Shown here: positions 1-12,131 of the stretch, in pieces
Layout of the letters: each line of letters starts with the position of its first letter
Numbering within the stretch: the first letter of the stretch is position 1
Assembly (NCBI RefSeq): GCF_000372725.1
Contig: NW_005201144.1
Location: forward strand, 186,001-250,000
Direction of reading: 5' to 3'
DNA from: Emiliania huxleyi CCMP1516
Lineage: Eukaryota
Length of the DNA stretch: 64,000 bases
Position numbers and translations under genes: made by a program
The notes under the pieces: model-generated
Told to the model about the DNA's origin: nothing
The model's database searches: none
What the model saw: the letters and a program-made list of their open reading frames with translations, nothing else

Positions 1-350
1 TGGTCGGCGTCCTCGTCCGCCAACATCTCGGCCAGCGTGTCGTCGTCCTTGACGGCGTTCTGCAGCGCACCGTAGAGTTGGCGCGACAGAGTCACCGCCA
101 GGTCCCCGAAGTACTTGTCGATGATGGCCGGGATGAGGCCGTCCGCAGTGCCGATGTTCTTGTAGCGCACGTGCAGCGCGACCGCCTCGGCCTCGCGCTC
201 CGCGCCCGGCCGGATGGTGCCCACCTCGATGATGTCGAGGAGGTACTTGTGTTGCTTTGCCGCGGTCCGCAGGTTGCGGAACCACTCGTTGAACTCCCGC
301 TCGGAGCTCTGTTTGTAGGCCGGAATCACCAGCTTGTCCGTCGACGACAT
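1..350 (-). mobile_element. Putative LTR-retrotransposon (Copia-like) Gag N-terminus, running off the window start
   Basis: Manual translation from the ATG at 350 gives MSSTDKLVIPAYKQSSEREFNEWFRNLRTAAKQHKYLLDIIEVG..., open to the edge. The F-x-x-W...L-D-I-I-x-x-G pattern resembles Copia gag N-termini. Upstream on the minus strand is ...CACA-GT-TGGTGGCGGCGGGG (397-378), a CA plus PBS-like arrangement. Confidence 0.4.
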
Positions 351-646
351 GTTGTCGTAATGTCCCGGGGATCGTTGCCCCGCCGCCACCAACTGTGAAG
401 GTCTTCAGTGACCACTCACAAGCTGTTCCAAGGCCCGACAGAAATGTACCGTCAAAACTTTGTTCAAACAAAAGTCCTGGCCCGCGGCCCCCACACCCAC
501 AATGACTATCAATCCAGGCTGCGGGTGAAGGGCAAAACCGCGCCGCTGCAGAACGGTTTTTGCAAAACCGCGCCGCAGCGGTACGAAACTGCGCAGATGC
601 AGTCCAGGGGTGGTAAGGACACTATGTGTGTGTGTGTGGCCGTAGA

Positions 647-935
647 CTAGACGGCTGCGCGGTCGTCGGTCTTCAACACCTTTTCGAGGTCCGCGCGCAG
701 CGCCTTCATGCGCACGTTCTTGGAGTTCGTGTCCTCCGACTCGATGAGCGACTTGATCGCCGCGATGCCCTTCTTGATGTCGTCGTAGTGGTCGGCGTCC
801 TCGTCCGCCAACATCTCGGCCAGCGTGTCGTCGCCCTTGACGGCGTTCTGCAGCGCACCGTAGAGTTGGCGCGACAGAGTCACCGCCAGGTCCCCGAAGT
901 ACTTGTCGATGATGGCCGGGATGAGGCCGTCCGCA
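647..935 (-). pseudogene. Second, truncated copy of the gag-like ORF
   Basis: 789-935 is a near-identical direct repeat of 1-147. The ORF reads ADGLIPAIIDKYFGDL...KALRADLEKVLK and lacks the N-terminus. Confidence 0.55.
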
Positions 936-942
936 ATGGCCA

Positions 943-1452
943 ATGCCGACGTTCTTGTGGAGCGCCACGTCGCTGTTGCAGCAGACGCTGCCGGGCGCGT
1001 ACGGCGTGTGCGCAGACGACGAGACGGCGCTCATCGACGACGAGGCGTTCAACGTGGAGGCGCACGAGGCGCTCGAGTCGGCCGTCCAGGCGCTCGGGTA
1101 CTACACGTGCGCGGTCAAGGAGGCGCGCAAGTCGCTCATGCCCGCCGAGCCGCTGCTGCAGCTCATCGAGAAGCTCGAGGTGGCGCAGGCGCGCGTCAAC
1201 GCGCTCACGGCCAAGACGATCGAGGCGGCACGCGCGGCGGCGGCTGCGCCGCACGCGGCGGCTGCGCCGCGCGCGGCGGCTGCGCCGCCGGCTGCGCCAG
1301 CGGCGCCAGCACGCGCCGCGCGCTCGCCTTCGAATGGGCGCACGCCTGACGCCCCGGCGGCGGCATCTCCAGCGGCGTCTGGCTCGCGCTTGACGCGCAG
1401 CTCGCCAGCTGCATCCGACAAGGCGCTCGGCAAGCGGAAGGCACGCAAGTAG
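943..1452 (+). CDS. Hypothetical protein or fragment (helical region plus Ala/Pro-rich tail)
   Basis: 169-aa ORF with strong GC3 codon bias and a basic C-terminus (KALGKRKARK). It abuts the gag-like fragment, so it may be 5'-truncated. Confidence 0.4.
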   Translation: MPTFLWSATSLLQQTLPGAYGVCADDETALIDDEAFNVEAHEALESAVQALGYYTCAVKEARKSLMPAEPLLQLIEKLEVAQARVNALTAKTIEAARAAAAAPHAAAAPRAAAAPPAAPAAPARAARSPSNGRTPDAPAAASPAASGSRLTRSSPAASDKALGKRKARK

Positions 1453-1668
1453 AGACCTGTGTAGCTTCCTCTTTTCTCTTATAACCTTCCTTTTCCTTTC
1501 CCATCCCTTCCCGGCCTCCGGCCGGCGCCTGCGGCGCCAATCTTTTTTTTCTTTTTCTCGCAACACTGTAAAAAAAATGCCTTATTCGCCACGCTCTCAC
1601 CCCCACGCGCGGAGTGTCGCCAGTACGCTCCCGCCAGCCCTCCTGCTGCCGGCCAGCCCAAACGCCCA

Positions 1669-3183
1669 ATGTTCCACAAGAAGCGCTCCCGGGTCAACGC
1701 GCTGCACGAAGGAACTCAGGCCGTCCTCGCCGAGCTCAAGGCGAGCCAGGTCCCTCCGCAGCTCCGCCCCACGAGCTCCTCCGCGCAACAGCAGCTGCGC
1801 CACCCGCACGACCACCCGCTCGTGGCGGAGTACAGCCTCTTCCGCTCGTGCGTGCTCTTCATCGTGTGCGTCGCCTTCGCCTTTGGCCTCGCCGCCCTCG
1901 CCGTGCTCCTCTTCCACGAGGAGAGCGGCCTGGCGTCGCCGCGCTTCTGGTGGCTCTCGCTGACCGCCACCAACGCCGCGCTGCTGCTCTACTCGCTCTG
2001 GAGCTGGGTGACCGAGGAGGTCAAGGGCCGGCCCGCCGACAGTTGGCTGGGCTCGACGCTGGGCCGCTGCATCTGGGGCGTCGCGCAGGGCTCCGCGTGC
2101 TGCTCCGAGCGCAAGCTGCCTCGCTCTCCTCCCGCGTGCGACGCGAGGCAGTACGCGATGCCGGACGACGCGTGGCACTGCCCTTGGGGGCCATGCGTCC
2201 TCGTCTGCGCGTGCTACCTCTACCGCTCGCTCTGGCAGCACTGCACCGTCGAGCGGCTGTGCATGGACGTCTGGCCGCGCAGGCGCCTCGACGAGGCCTC
2301 CTCCCCGCACAGCGCCTTCCTCGTCGAGGCGGCGCTGAGCCCGCTGATGGGGCGGCTGGTCGCGAGGCGCCTTCCGCACCGCCCCCCGCCAGCGGCGCGC
2401 CCCCTCCGCCGCGGCCAGGCTCCCCGCGCCGCCCGCGCCGCGCGGACCGCCCACCCCGGCGCCGGTCCCGCGCAGCGTCGGCGAGTACGTCTTTGTCACC
2501 GAGTGCATGATCCCGAACGCCATCTGGGGCCGCGACGCCTGGCTGAAGCCGCTGCTCGTCCTCCTCGTCGCGAGTGCCGAGGTGGTGAGCGACGTCGGAG
2601 TTATCAAGCGGCACTACGGCTTCTTTGCCGTCGAAAACTCCATATGGCTCGCCATGTTCTCCCTCTTCTTTGTGCGCGCCGCCCCTCTGAAAGCGGCGGC
2701 GGCCACGCATGCCAGGGGGCGCGGCGACTCACCCGGCGCCGCCGCCTCGCGCGCCAGGCGAGCACGCTGCGCTGCAAGTGGGTGGCGTACAGCCGGACCG
2801 ACCCGTACGAGCGGCCCTCCATCCTCGTCTCCTGCCGCATGCTCGCCCTCGCCCTCGCCGCCGTCCTCGTCACGTACAACGCCGTCGAGGACGTGCCCAT
2901 GTACTGGCGCCTCTACCGCGAGAAGGTGGTCACCGGACAGGCAGACCCGGCCTCGCCCCTGTTCGGCGAGTACGACCTGCCATTCCTGTTTGGCATCCGC
3001 CACGGGCTGCAGTGCCAGAAGATGCTCTCGCTCGACGACGACGAGTGGCGGCCGGTGATGCTCTGGATGAGCCTCAACTACGTCTCACTGCCGCTGTGGA
3101 TGTGCTGCGTGTGCGCCATCACGGGGCGACACGCGGTGGTGGGATTCAACCAGCACGGCGACGGCGGAAAGAGGGTATGTGAC
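1669..3183 (+). CDS. Multi-exon polytopic membrane protein of unknown function
   Basis: Several hydrophobic helices. Exons switch frame (SPLMGRLVA / SVGEYVFVTEC...AVENSIWLAMFSLFF / ASTLRCKW...VEDVPMYWRLY...WMSLNY) across GC-rich intron-like segments at ~2365-2475 and ~2672-2757. Confidence 0.7.
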
Positions 3184-3318
3184 TGAGGCACTGAGAGACA
3201 CTGAGACGCGGGGCGGCATGATTGTTCTCGGTTTACACGGCGCACGCGCATGGTTCATGATACGACGTCAGAGTACTTACACACATACTTATTACTATAT
3301 TATTACTTATACAATTTT

Positions 3319-4260
3319 CTCTGGGCCGGCGCGCCGGCGCGCGGGGGCCCCACAGCGAGGGTGTCCAGGGGGGGGGGCGGGGGGCATGGCCCGCCGCAGG
3401 CGCCGATTTTTCGGGTTTTTTGCTTTTTCGGCGATTTTTACTTGTTTTCATGGGAATTCGGCGTACTTGCGGCCATGCGCTATCACGCCTTGCGACATCC
3501 TTTCGCGTTTCGGCGAGCAGCTGCTGACCGTGCCAGATGCTGCACAATTGATCACCTGAATAGCTCGCGGCCTTAGTATCACAAGCATTCAGTGACGACC
3601 TAATCGTACGGTCAGTAGGAAGGTGTCCTTCCATCGTGTGCACGCTTCTGGCGCAATGCGCGTCGCCTCGGATTGGCTGCTGGCACTCTCGACTCAGGCT
3701 ATGCCTACACAGCCTCGCGCGCATGGGCAGTCAAGAGGGACCACGCACCTTCTCAGGACAGCGCCGGTGCCTCTCTCTTGGACCGGCAAACGTGGTGGTC
3801 TCGTGTCACCAATGTGGGACCAGTGCGCGGCATCGCGCCATCGACAGCTCTGAACTTGCGCCTCACCACTGCGACCGGGAAGGCCGCCAAGTGGGCCAGC
3901 ACAGGTCGCACATTGTGGCAGCAGTCAGCAGTTGTCTGATAGCTAGAGCAGCAGCGTCAGGGTCGCAGGGTCGGATCGTGTCAAGCCTCTCGCCCGGCCG
4001 GCCGCGTGCAGACGTCGGCCTGTCTGCTGTCTGGAGTGATCTGTCGGCGGTCAGTACGACCGATCAGGTCGGAGTTTTCTGATAATTGGAGGGTCTATCT
4101 GTATGTACTCCTCGAGATCTCTCCGAATCTGCCCTCTGATTAACCGTGCTCATTCGGGAAGTCGGTGCTAGTAGAGACTAATAGAGCCGGAGCCCCGTTT
4201 GCGTTTCCGCACTGCGGCGCGGCGCACGGTGCCTCCGGGGGCCCCCGCGCCCCCCCAGAG
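3319..4260. mobile_element. Non-autonomous TIR DNA transposon (MITE-like), 942 bp
   Basis: The left end CTCTGGGCCGGCGCG..GGGGCCCC is the inverse of the right end GGGGCCCCCGCGCCCCCCCAGAG. Flanks ACAATTTT (3311-3318) and ACAAATTT (4261-4268) form a 7/8 TSD. The left ~500 bp recur at 32924-33395. Confidence 0.65.
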
Positions 4261-4952
4261 ACAAATTTCGTGGCTAGATTTGGGCTGTGGTTCATCGCAC
4301 CGGGACGAGTCGACAAGCCGTCGCGCATCCCATCGACTTCTAGAACCCTGGTCCTGAGGCTGAGCCGTGTTGTCTGAATGTCTGTTCCACTGTTGAGCGC
4401 TCTAGGCCTCAGGTGCGCGCCCAGGCCCACTGCGCCCCGCTGCAACGAGGAGTCCAGATTCCTGCTTCCTGGCTGGAACCCGTGTGACACAGCCCGCGTG
4501 TGCGCTGCATGTCATGTGTCGTGCCGGGCTGGTCAGTGGTCTGCGCCGTCGGACCGTGCAGTGCAGTATCATCACGCCGCGGATGGCAGCTTTGCGCCAC
4601 CAGCACAGCTTTTGCCACTCCGAGTGCCACCAACTCTGTTGCGGGTCACGGCGTTGATTTTTGTGCCCTCCAACGGCCCAAATGAGTCGTCGCGGGCACC
4701 CGCGGCCGTGACTAGAGCATGGGTGTTACACCTTGCCCGCACGCACGGTGCGTTGGAAGGGCTTGCCGGGAAGGAGAGAAACGACACGGCGATGCACGGC
4801 GACGCAGAGGCTGTTCGCCCACGCCTCGCCGTACGACACCAACCAGTACAACAAAGCGAAGTAGATCACGGCGCCATACGCCCAGCACAAGACGCAGCCT
4901 GACATATCAGCCGAGCCCAAGCGGAAGTGCCCGCCGGCGGCCTCTTTTCCAA

Positions 4953-5400
4953 AAAAGAATTTGACCGCTCCCTCGCACGACACTGGTTGTCCGTTTTCTT
5001 TCTTTCTTTGGGCACGGGACTGGCGCCACACTGGCACTAACACAGGTACACCACTGGAGCCGCCTAAAAAGCGACTCCCGCGAGGGCGGCGAGGCACTTA
5101 GCTCCGTCTCGCCGCAGGCAAAAGCTCATTCACAATCTGCTCTGCGATTGCCGTGTGAAGAACGACCGAGATACGCTGCTTCTGCAGCCCCAGCCAATTC
5201 TTGGTGGTCCAAGTCACCGACAAGTCACCTCGTTGAGGTACTGTGGGCCCGCGTCAGCTTGTTCTGTAGCACGTCCGCCGCCTTCCAGAGGATCTCGCGG
5301 ACCCCCTTCCAACCCACCGAATGATTCGAACAGCAACAGAGCTGCACGTCGACGTCCTTGTCCTCTCTGGCGTATCGATAGTCCCCGCCGTAGGAGGTAG
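4953..5400 (-). mobile_element. Decayed 3' end of a CRE-like LINE (family A): ORF C-terminus plus 3'UTR
   Basis: Frameshifted LLFESFGG...KAADVLQNKLTR...WTTKNWLGLQKQRISVVLHTAIAEQIVNEL, homologous to 38440-38695 and resembling the C-terminus of the 20068 ORF. The 3'UTR ends at AAATTCTTTT. Confidence 0.7.
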
Positions 5401-5502
5401 GACGGTATGCGGCGGTCGCCGCCCACCACCCTGCCCCCTCTCCAGCTTGGAAGAATTATACGCGCAAAAAAGAACGTTTCACAAGGCGAGCACTGAGTAA
5501 TG

Positions 5503-5775
5503 ACCTCCCATCCCTCCCTTGGGCTGTCTTCTTTCTTTCTTTGACTGTGTTATAGCCCTGAGCTGTGACCGCGCACCCCCCAGGGTCAGGTCTCTAGCCC
5601 GATGCCCGATGCCGAGCATCCGGCCCGCTGGGTGCGCTTCTTAGCTCCCCCGCAGCCCTGGATGTGAGGTTGCCGACCGCATTCCAACTTTCCAAGTGTT
5701 AAGAGTACTATAAACTCGCTCTCACAACACTAGGCACGGGACTGGCGCGCACTCTGGCACTATAACACAGGAAAG
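5503..5775. repeat. Cluster of short retroelement-like 3' ends (families G, E, A)
   Basis: CCTCCCATCCCTCCCTTGGGCTGTC(TTTC)n is family G, CCGCTGGGTGCGCTTCTTAGCTCCCC is family E, and CACAACACTAGGCACGGGACTGGCGCG is family A (minus). All recur elsewhere in the window. Confidence 0.7.
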
Positions 5776-6327
5776 CTCGCTTCCGACCGAGCGCTCACGC
5801 CGCGCGTAGGGCGTACGTAGCGGGCGCTTAGGGGCCTAGAGAACACACCTCAACCTCCCCTTTCTCCCAAGTAAGCAAAGGTACCTGTACTTCTGTGCAT
5901 GTATCGAAGGTGAATCGCCACGGCCCGCACCGGCCGCCACACTCCCACCTGTATTGACCTATTGTGGGGCTGGGGGGCGTGACGCGTGTGCGGTGACCGG
6001 TGTGGGGTGTGGGCCAGGGGGGGGGGGGGGGGTCTGCACGTCTGTGCCCCAGTCTGTGGTCTGAGCCGTCTGGGCTCTGGCGAGCTGGCGTTGTGGCGAC
6101 TGGCGCGTGGCCGCCGGTCGGGCGTGTGGCGGGTGGCGGGGGACGGGGTCGGGGACCGCGACCGGGTCGGGTCCGCGGGTGCGCACCCTGCTCTCGTGAA
6201 TATACTGTACACGTTCCTTGTTCGAAGAATAGCACACACAATGCAACTCGCGAGAGATGAGCGACTCCGAACTGGTCTCCTCTCAATCGTCACAGCGTGG
6301 CAGGGGGGGGGGGGGGGGGGCGAAAAC

Positions 6328-6427
6328 NNNNNNNNNNNNNNNNNNNNNNNNNNNNNNNNNNNNNNNNNNNNNNNNNNNNNNNNNNNNNNNNNNNNNNNNN
6401 NNNNNNNNNNNNNNNNNNNNNNNNNNN
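6328..6427. other. Assembly gap
   Basis: 100 N. Confidence 1.
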
Positions 6428-6641
6428 ATAAAAAAAGGAAAAATAAAAGAAAAAAAAAGTAAGGAAAAAAGAGAAAAAAGAGAAGTAAAGAAATAATGAA
6501 AAAAAGGATAGAGGGAGAAAATAGGAGAAAAAAAAAAGAGAGGAAAATAAAAAGAAGTAGAAGAAAGAAAAAGGAAAAGAAAAGAGGAAGAAAAAAGGGA
6601 GAGAAAAAAAAGAGGGGCGGGGGCGGGGGCGCTCGCGTTCT

Positions 6642-7872
6642 TCAGGCGTCGAGGCTGAACGCCGACATCATGCCGGACGAGGCGTCGTGGAGCGCGGCCT
6701 CGGCGCGCCAGCTGTTGAGTAGCGACTGCGCGTAGAGGACGTGCGCCAACGCCGCGCGGGCGACGCAGCCGAGGTCGTGCTTGAGCGAGAGCCAGCCCTC
6801 GCCCGGCCAGGACCCGCCCGCCTGCACCACCTCGTCGGGCTCGCCGCCGCCGGAGAGGAGCGTGGAGTGGACGGCCACGTAGGCCACGATGACGAGGCAC
6901 GTGGCGAGGGTGACCATGTCGGTGCTCGACTCCGCCAACGGCGTCGCTTTGATCGGCGGCGGCGCAGCCTTTGGCGTGCGCACCGGCGACGCAAAGGTGG
7001 ACGGCGGCTCTCGGAAGGGCGTGTCCAGCTCGAAGAACTGGACCACCGCCTCGTGGCCGCCCTGCGTCTTGAGCACGGCGGTCGCCCACTCGGCCAGCCC
7101 GCCCGCCCGCTCGACCAGCGACGGCACGTGCCGGCCAGGCGGCGGGAACTTGGGCGGGAGGCCGCGGTGCGAGCTGAGCGTGTCGGCGAGGCGGTGGAAC
7201 TCGCTGTACCGCCTGCGTTTGGGCGGGTGAAGGAGGCGGGTGGAATAGGCGGGTCTGGAGGAGGCGGGTGTGGAGGAGGCGGGTCTGTCTGGAGGAGGCG
7301 CGTGGACGAGGTTTGATCGTGGAGGAGGGCTGGTGAGGTGTGGAGGAGACGGGGAGAGGCGAGGCGTGGTGGAACTAGGAGGCGGACCGCCGGACGGCCC
7401 AGATCTGGTTGGGCGTTGAGACGGACACCGAGAAGAAGATGGGCGGCTCGGAGAGGACCGGCGCTACGGTGACGGCGACCGACAGCGAGAGCACCTGGGC
7501 GCGGGGCGTGAGACACGTTCAAAGGAGCCGCCAGCGTGAGACTGCGTTCAAAGGCGCTGCAGGCTACACTGACTAGGAGGCAGTGCAGCGCGGCGGGTGT
7601 GTGGGGTGGGTGTGCGAGAGGGCGGCGAGGGCGGCGTGGGAAGGCGGCACCTCGATGTCCGAGCGCTCCGATTCCAGGCTGGCTGTGGTTGTGGACGCGA
7701 AGCTTCTCGGCGAGATGGCGTCGCCGCTTTGCGGACCGTCCTTGCTTAGGCCGCTCTTGGAGAGAGAGCCGCTCGTGGCGAGCGCACGATGCGGCGTCGG
7801 CATGTACAACACCTGGTTCTGCGAGCCTAGCGGCACCGACGAGAAGAGCTCGGGCTTCGGAGTGGACGGCAT
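6642..7872 (-). CDS. PX (phox homology) domain protein with a putative C-terminal TM segment, multi-exon
   Basis: Spliced IFFSVSVSTPNQIWAVR|RRYSEFHRLADTL...PPKFPPP...LVERAGGLAEWATAVL...VVQFFEL carries the canonical PX W-x-V-x-RRYSEF motif, poly-Pro loop and ER..L motif. A hydrophobic LATCLVIVAYVAV segment follows. Confidence 0.75.
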
Positions 7873-7890
7873 TCAACTCAACAAACGCTG

Positions 7891-7982
7891 AAGAAAAGAA
7901 TTCTAAACCGCAGGCCTCTCTCACAGCACACTGGCACGACAAGGGCGCGGACTGGCGCGGACTGGCACACAAGAAAAGAATT
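7891..7982 (-). mobile_element. Family A short 3' end with 12-bp TSD
   Basis: AAGAAAAGAATT at 7891-7902 and 7971-7982 brackets 68 bp matching 19734-19800. Confidence 0.75.
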
Positions 7983-8710
7983 TCACGCGCGCATCTCTCT
8001 TCGTCTCTCGCCGGTGCTCGAGCTGCTCGAGAGCCTGCCGCGAGGGACAGTCGAGGCCTCCATCCGGCTCATGCGGGGTTACGCCCGCACGGGCGAGTGG
8101 CCAGAGCCCATCTTACCTAGCCCTGCCCCGGAGCGCGGCCGATCGCCTACTGAGTAGAAGCCCCTCTGATGAGTGGTCAGATGATTAGTGCCCGAGAGCG
8201 AGGGATACGGAGGGGAGCACAAATAGGACGCCCAGCCTTGCCCTCGTGCCGCCGAGTGTGTATCCTATGCGAGAGAGATCCCCTGTGCCCTGTGCCCAGC
8301 CCTCTCCACGCCGCGATGCACCCTCGCCCCTCGCTTTTGCAAAATCCTGCAAAGGTGGGGACGTGTTCGACCCAGCCCTAGCTTGGGATGCCCGTTTTAT
8401 TTATTTTATTAGCACCAACACAGGCAAACCACCGGAAGCAAAAGAATTCGCGGCAGTGCTGTGTTGATTTTTGCAGCCTCTGCAGCCACAGGAAAAAGAA
8501 CTACGAGCGAGCCTTCAACCGCAATGTGCCGATTCGGAGCCGGCGGCAACGGCCGAAAACTGATGTCGCCAAACTCGGCCCACTTCGGTTCCCAGTGCTC
8601 CCTACCTGCCCCCTGAGCATCAGGGAGGCACCCGCCGCCTTCCTAAAACGAGGTGGTGGTGCTGCTGTTCAGGGGGCGAGGACAAGAGATGCAAAGACAG
8701 CACCGCACAA

Positions 8711-8925
<215 letters not shown>

Positions 8926-9989
8926 CACGCCTCACACGCTATACGGCCGCTGGCTCAAGGTCAATGGATTTTGACACGCGTGAGACGAAGCTCGCTCTCC
9001 GCAGACGGGGACGTGGCATTGCAAAGACGACGCAAGGCCGCCTCGGCTTCCACCCGAAGACATACATCACTTTGGCACAGCTGCGACCCCGCCAAGAAGA
9101 CGGTTGCACTCGGCAGGTGGCGCGGAGTGCAACCGTCCACTCGGCGAGGTCGCAGCTGCCTCTGCGCGTCCTGGGGAGGTACAAAATTGTCGCCGCCGGA
9201 GACGACTCGACGCCGCTGAGATCAGAGATCAAGCTCTGACAGGTCGCACGTCGCTCCTTTGACGCCGACGTGACTCAGCCGTGCAGAGCGCATCAGTACA
9301 CGGTCTCGACGCGATCGGTACGACGCCTGTGACCCGTCTCGGGTCAGGTGGCACGACGCTCATCGCGCCTGCCAGCGCTGCCGTGCAGGCTGCCACGACA
9401 AAAGGTCGGGCAAGCACGCTTCTAAACGCTCGCCCAGCCTTCCTTTCCATCCCATTAGGCAGCCTGGGAACGGTGGCGGTCAGAGGCAAAGCCTACGAGG
9501 GGTGGTGGAACCACATGTCAGGGCTACTGCCGGCTCGACCCCACGATAGCCTCCGAAGGCTGACTTTGCGGCACCATCATCGGACGATGTCGACGAGTTG
9601 GGTCGCTCTCGCGGTAGCCAGATGACCTCTCTTGAGCTTTGTGACCTCCTCGTTCGTGCAGTCGCCCATCGCCGCCCATCGAAGATCAGGTTGATCAACG
9701 GCGCATTCGACACTCTTCACGCCGTATATGTGACGCGACCGGGACCAAAAGAGGCGCCGCCGCTGAAGGACATATCGCCGCGCAGGTCCGCAGTGTCCAT
9801 GTTGAGAGGGATGACGCCGTCGTGAAGCGGATTGACGTGATAGACGGTGAGGTGTGCTCCGGCGACGAGCACATGTACATGTTGTTGTAGCAGGAAGGAC
9901 ATATACACCATGTGCACACGCACATGCATGTGTGTATCGAGGCGTCGCGTCTAAAAAAAATTATACTTCCCAGTGCATATTCGTGTGTC

Positions 9990-10345
9990 TGAGAGAGAGA
10001 GAGATTTAGTTCCAGGCCCCAAATGACGTGTGAGTGTTAGAGCTGTGTGTCTGTGTGTCGCTCGTGCGTGTCGTCATCATCTGTCCAGCGTCCACCCATA
10101 CCGCGTTGGTGTCCAGTCCGAGCCTGGCTGTTCTTCACCTTCCTACATACATACATACATGTTAGTCACACATGCATGCACAGACACACAGCCCCTTCCC
10201 CTCCCCCCTCAAGACCTTCCCAAAAGGGCGAGGACACGCGCAGGCCGCACCTCTAGTGAGGCCCGCATCTAGATGACCGCACTCCAAGTGCTCCAAGTGC
10301 TCCGCCGGTGTCCAGTCCGAGCCTGGCTGTTCTTCACCTCAGATA
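9990..10345. repeat. Cluster of short element ends (family B fragment, family H x2, family E tail)
   Basis: CCAGGCCCCAAATGACGTGTGAGTGTTAGAG is family B. GTGTCCAGTCCGAGCCTGGCTGTTCTTCACCT occurs at ~10109 and 10308 and again at ~58280. GCACTCCAAGTGCTCCAAGTGCTC is the family E tail. Confidence 0.7.
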
Positions 10346-10916
10346 CATATATACAATCACCACGTCGCGCGAGTCCTCACTCAGAACTACAGCAGCAATT
10401 GAGGTGCGGCGTGTAACTGTTCTCGGGCGGCGCCATGCCGATGCGCGATGGAGGGAGTCGGAGGTTTGCTATCGGCGGGCCGTGAGGGCGCTGTCCGTTG
10501 AGAACTCAAGGCTGAGTTTTTTGCTCCACTTGAGACTTTCGATGTGGCAAATGCCAAATCTAACTGAAGAGAGTAAAGTTCTCCGCAGACAACAACAAAA
10601 GTGCGCATTTGTCATTTGAAGTTGAAATTGAAGGATCAAGAAATAATCATTAATCTTGATTCTTCTTTCTTGGTGTATCTACGGCTTTGAGCGGAGCGGA
10701 CGTCGTTTATTAGCTGCGGTGCCGCAGGCACCTCGGGGGTCAGGGGCTGCGCAGATTAATTCAAAAAGTTGATCAAGAACAAGATGGGTGAGGGTGTGTT
10801 CAGGGTCGGTCACACAGGGAAAAACAATTACAGGGCAAGCGCGCGAGAGGCGAGGGCGGAGGGCGAGGCCGAGGGGACCCCAGCCGAATTTGAGTGACAC
10901 TCCGATGAGCGTTTCT

Positions 10917-12087
10917 TCAATACGCAAACGTCGTGTACTGATAGTTATCGGCCCTACCGCCCACAGCGAGGACCTGCAGCAGCGCCCGGCGCAGCGCCGG
11001 CCACGGCAGCCGCAAGTCCATGTTGTAGCCAACCTTGCCCTCGCCGGCCACCGCCATGCTCCTGTTCTTTGTTCTCAGCTGGTAGTGCAGCACGGCGGGA
11101 GGGCCTCCGCCCTCGGAGGAGAGGAGCTCCTTGTACATCTGGCACGGGCAGCCCGCCCGGTGGACGGGCATAACCTCGAGCACGCTGGACCCGCGGTGCA
11201 GTGCAAAAGCGTTCACCATGTCGGCGCCGTGGGGGGTGACCATCACGTCGGAGTCCGCGATCACGGGCAGCGACGCCACTAGCCCGACTCCAAAGTTGTG
11301 CGACACGCAGCGCACGCGCACTGCCGCGTGCGGCGACGGCGGCCGCCAGCCGTCGCACTCCGCCACCAGCGCCTCCAGGTCTAGCAGCCGGCGACGGCCT
11401 GTCCGGTTGGCGAGGACGACGCGCAGAAGGCCTGGCGGTCCGAGTCGGCCACCGGCGCCGGCCGAGCCGGGGGTGGCGGAGGCGGCGGAGGAGGATTGAC
11501 GGGGGGAGGCTGTAGATGCGGCTGGGCGGGCGGCGTGGAAGGCTACCACCGCCTGCATGGCGGCCCACGGCCGCGCGTGGCGAGGGGAGGGGATGTTCGA
11601 GTAGTCGCAGACCGTGGCTCGAAGGAAGCAGCGCGGCCGCGTGCGGGCGGCGAACATGGCGGCCGACGCCTCGCGGTATCGCGCCACGGAGCGCTCCATG
11701 GCGAGTGCTCGCCACATCGGCTTCACGTCTGGCCTGTCTGGTGTGAGGGCCATCGGCTCGACGGCGTGGGCCGTGAACGGGTGAAGCCAGAAGCGCGCGT
11801 AGTCGGGTCCCCAGTTAGAGCCCCACATCGCCGGGATGAGATGGACGTCGCGACTCGGCAAGTCGCGGCACCAGAGCTCGAAAAGCTGCACTACGGCGCG
11901 CGAGAAGATCTCGGTGAACGAATTGGACCACGTCGTGTAGAAGGCGATGGCAGGCGCGGGCGAGAAGCCCTCCGCCGGCGCCGGACCGATGATATGGCGG
12001 GAGAGGAAGTGCCTGAGGGGTCAAGCTTAGCTGCGTGCGTGCGTGCGTGTGTGTGTGTGCGTGCGTGTGTGTGCGTGCGTGCGTGTG

Positions 12088-12131
<44 letters not shown>

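Noticed and set aside
6428..6612. A/G-only tract and Lys-rich ORFs
   Set aside because: Adjacent to a gap and probably low-quality read end or simple sequence.
8160..8220. CTGATGAG as a possible hammerhead ribozyme core
   Set aside because: No GAAA core (CGAGA instead) and no convincing stem III or cleavage triplet; at best a decayed remnant.
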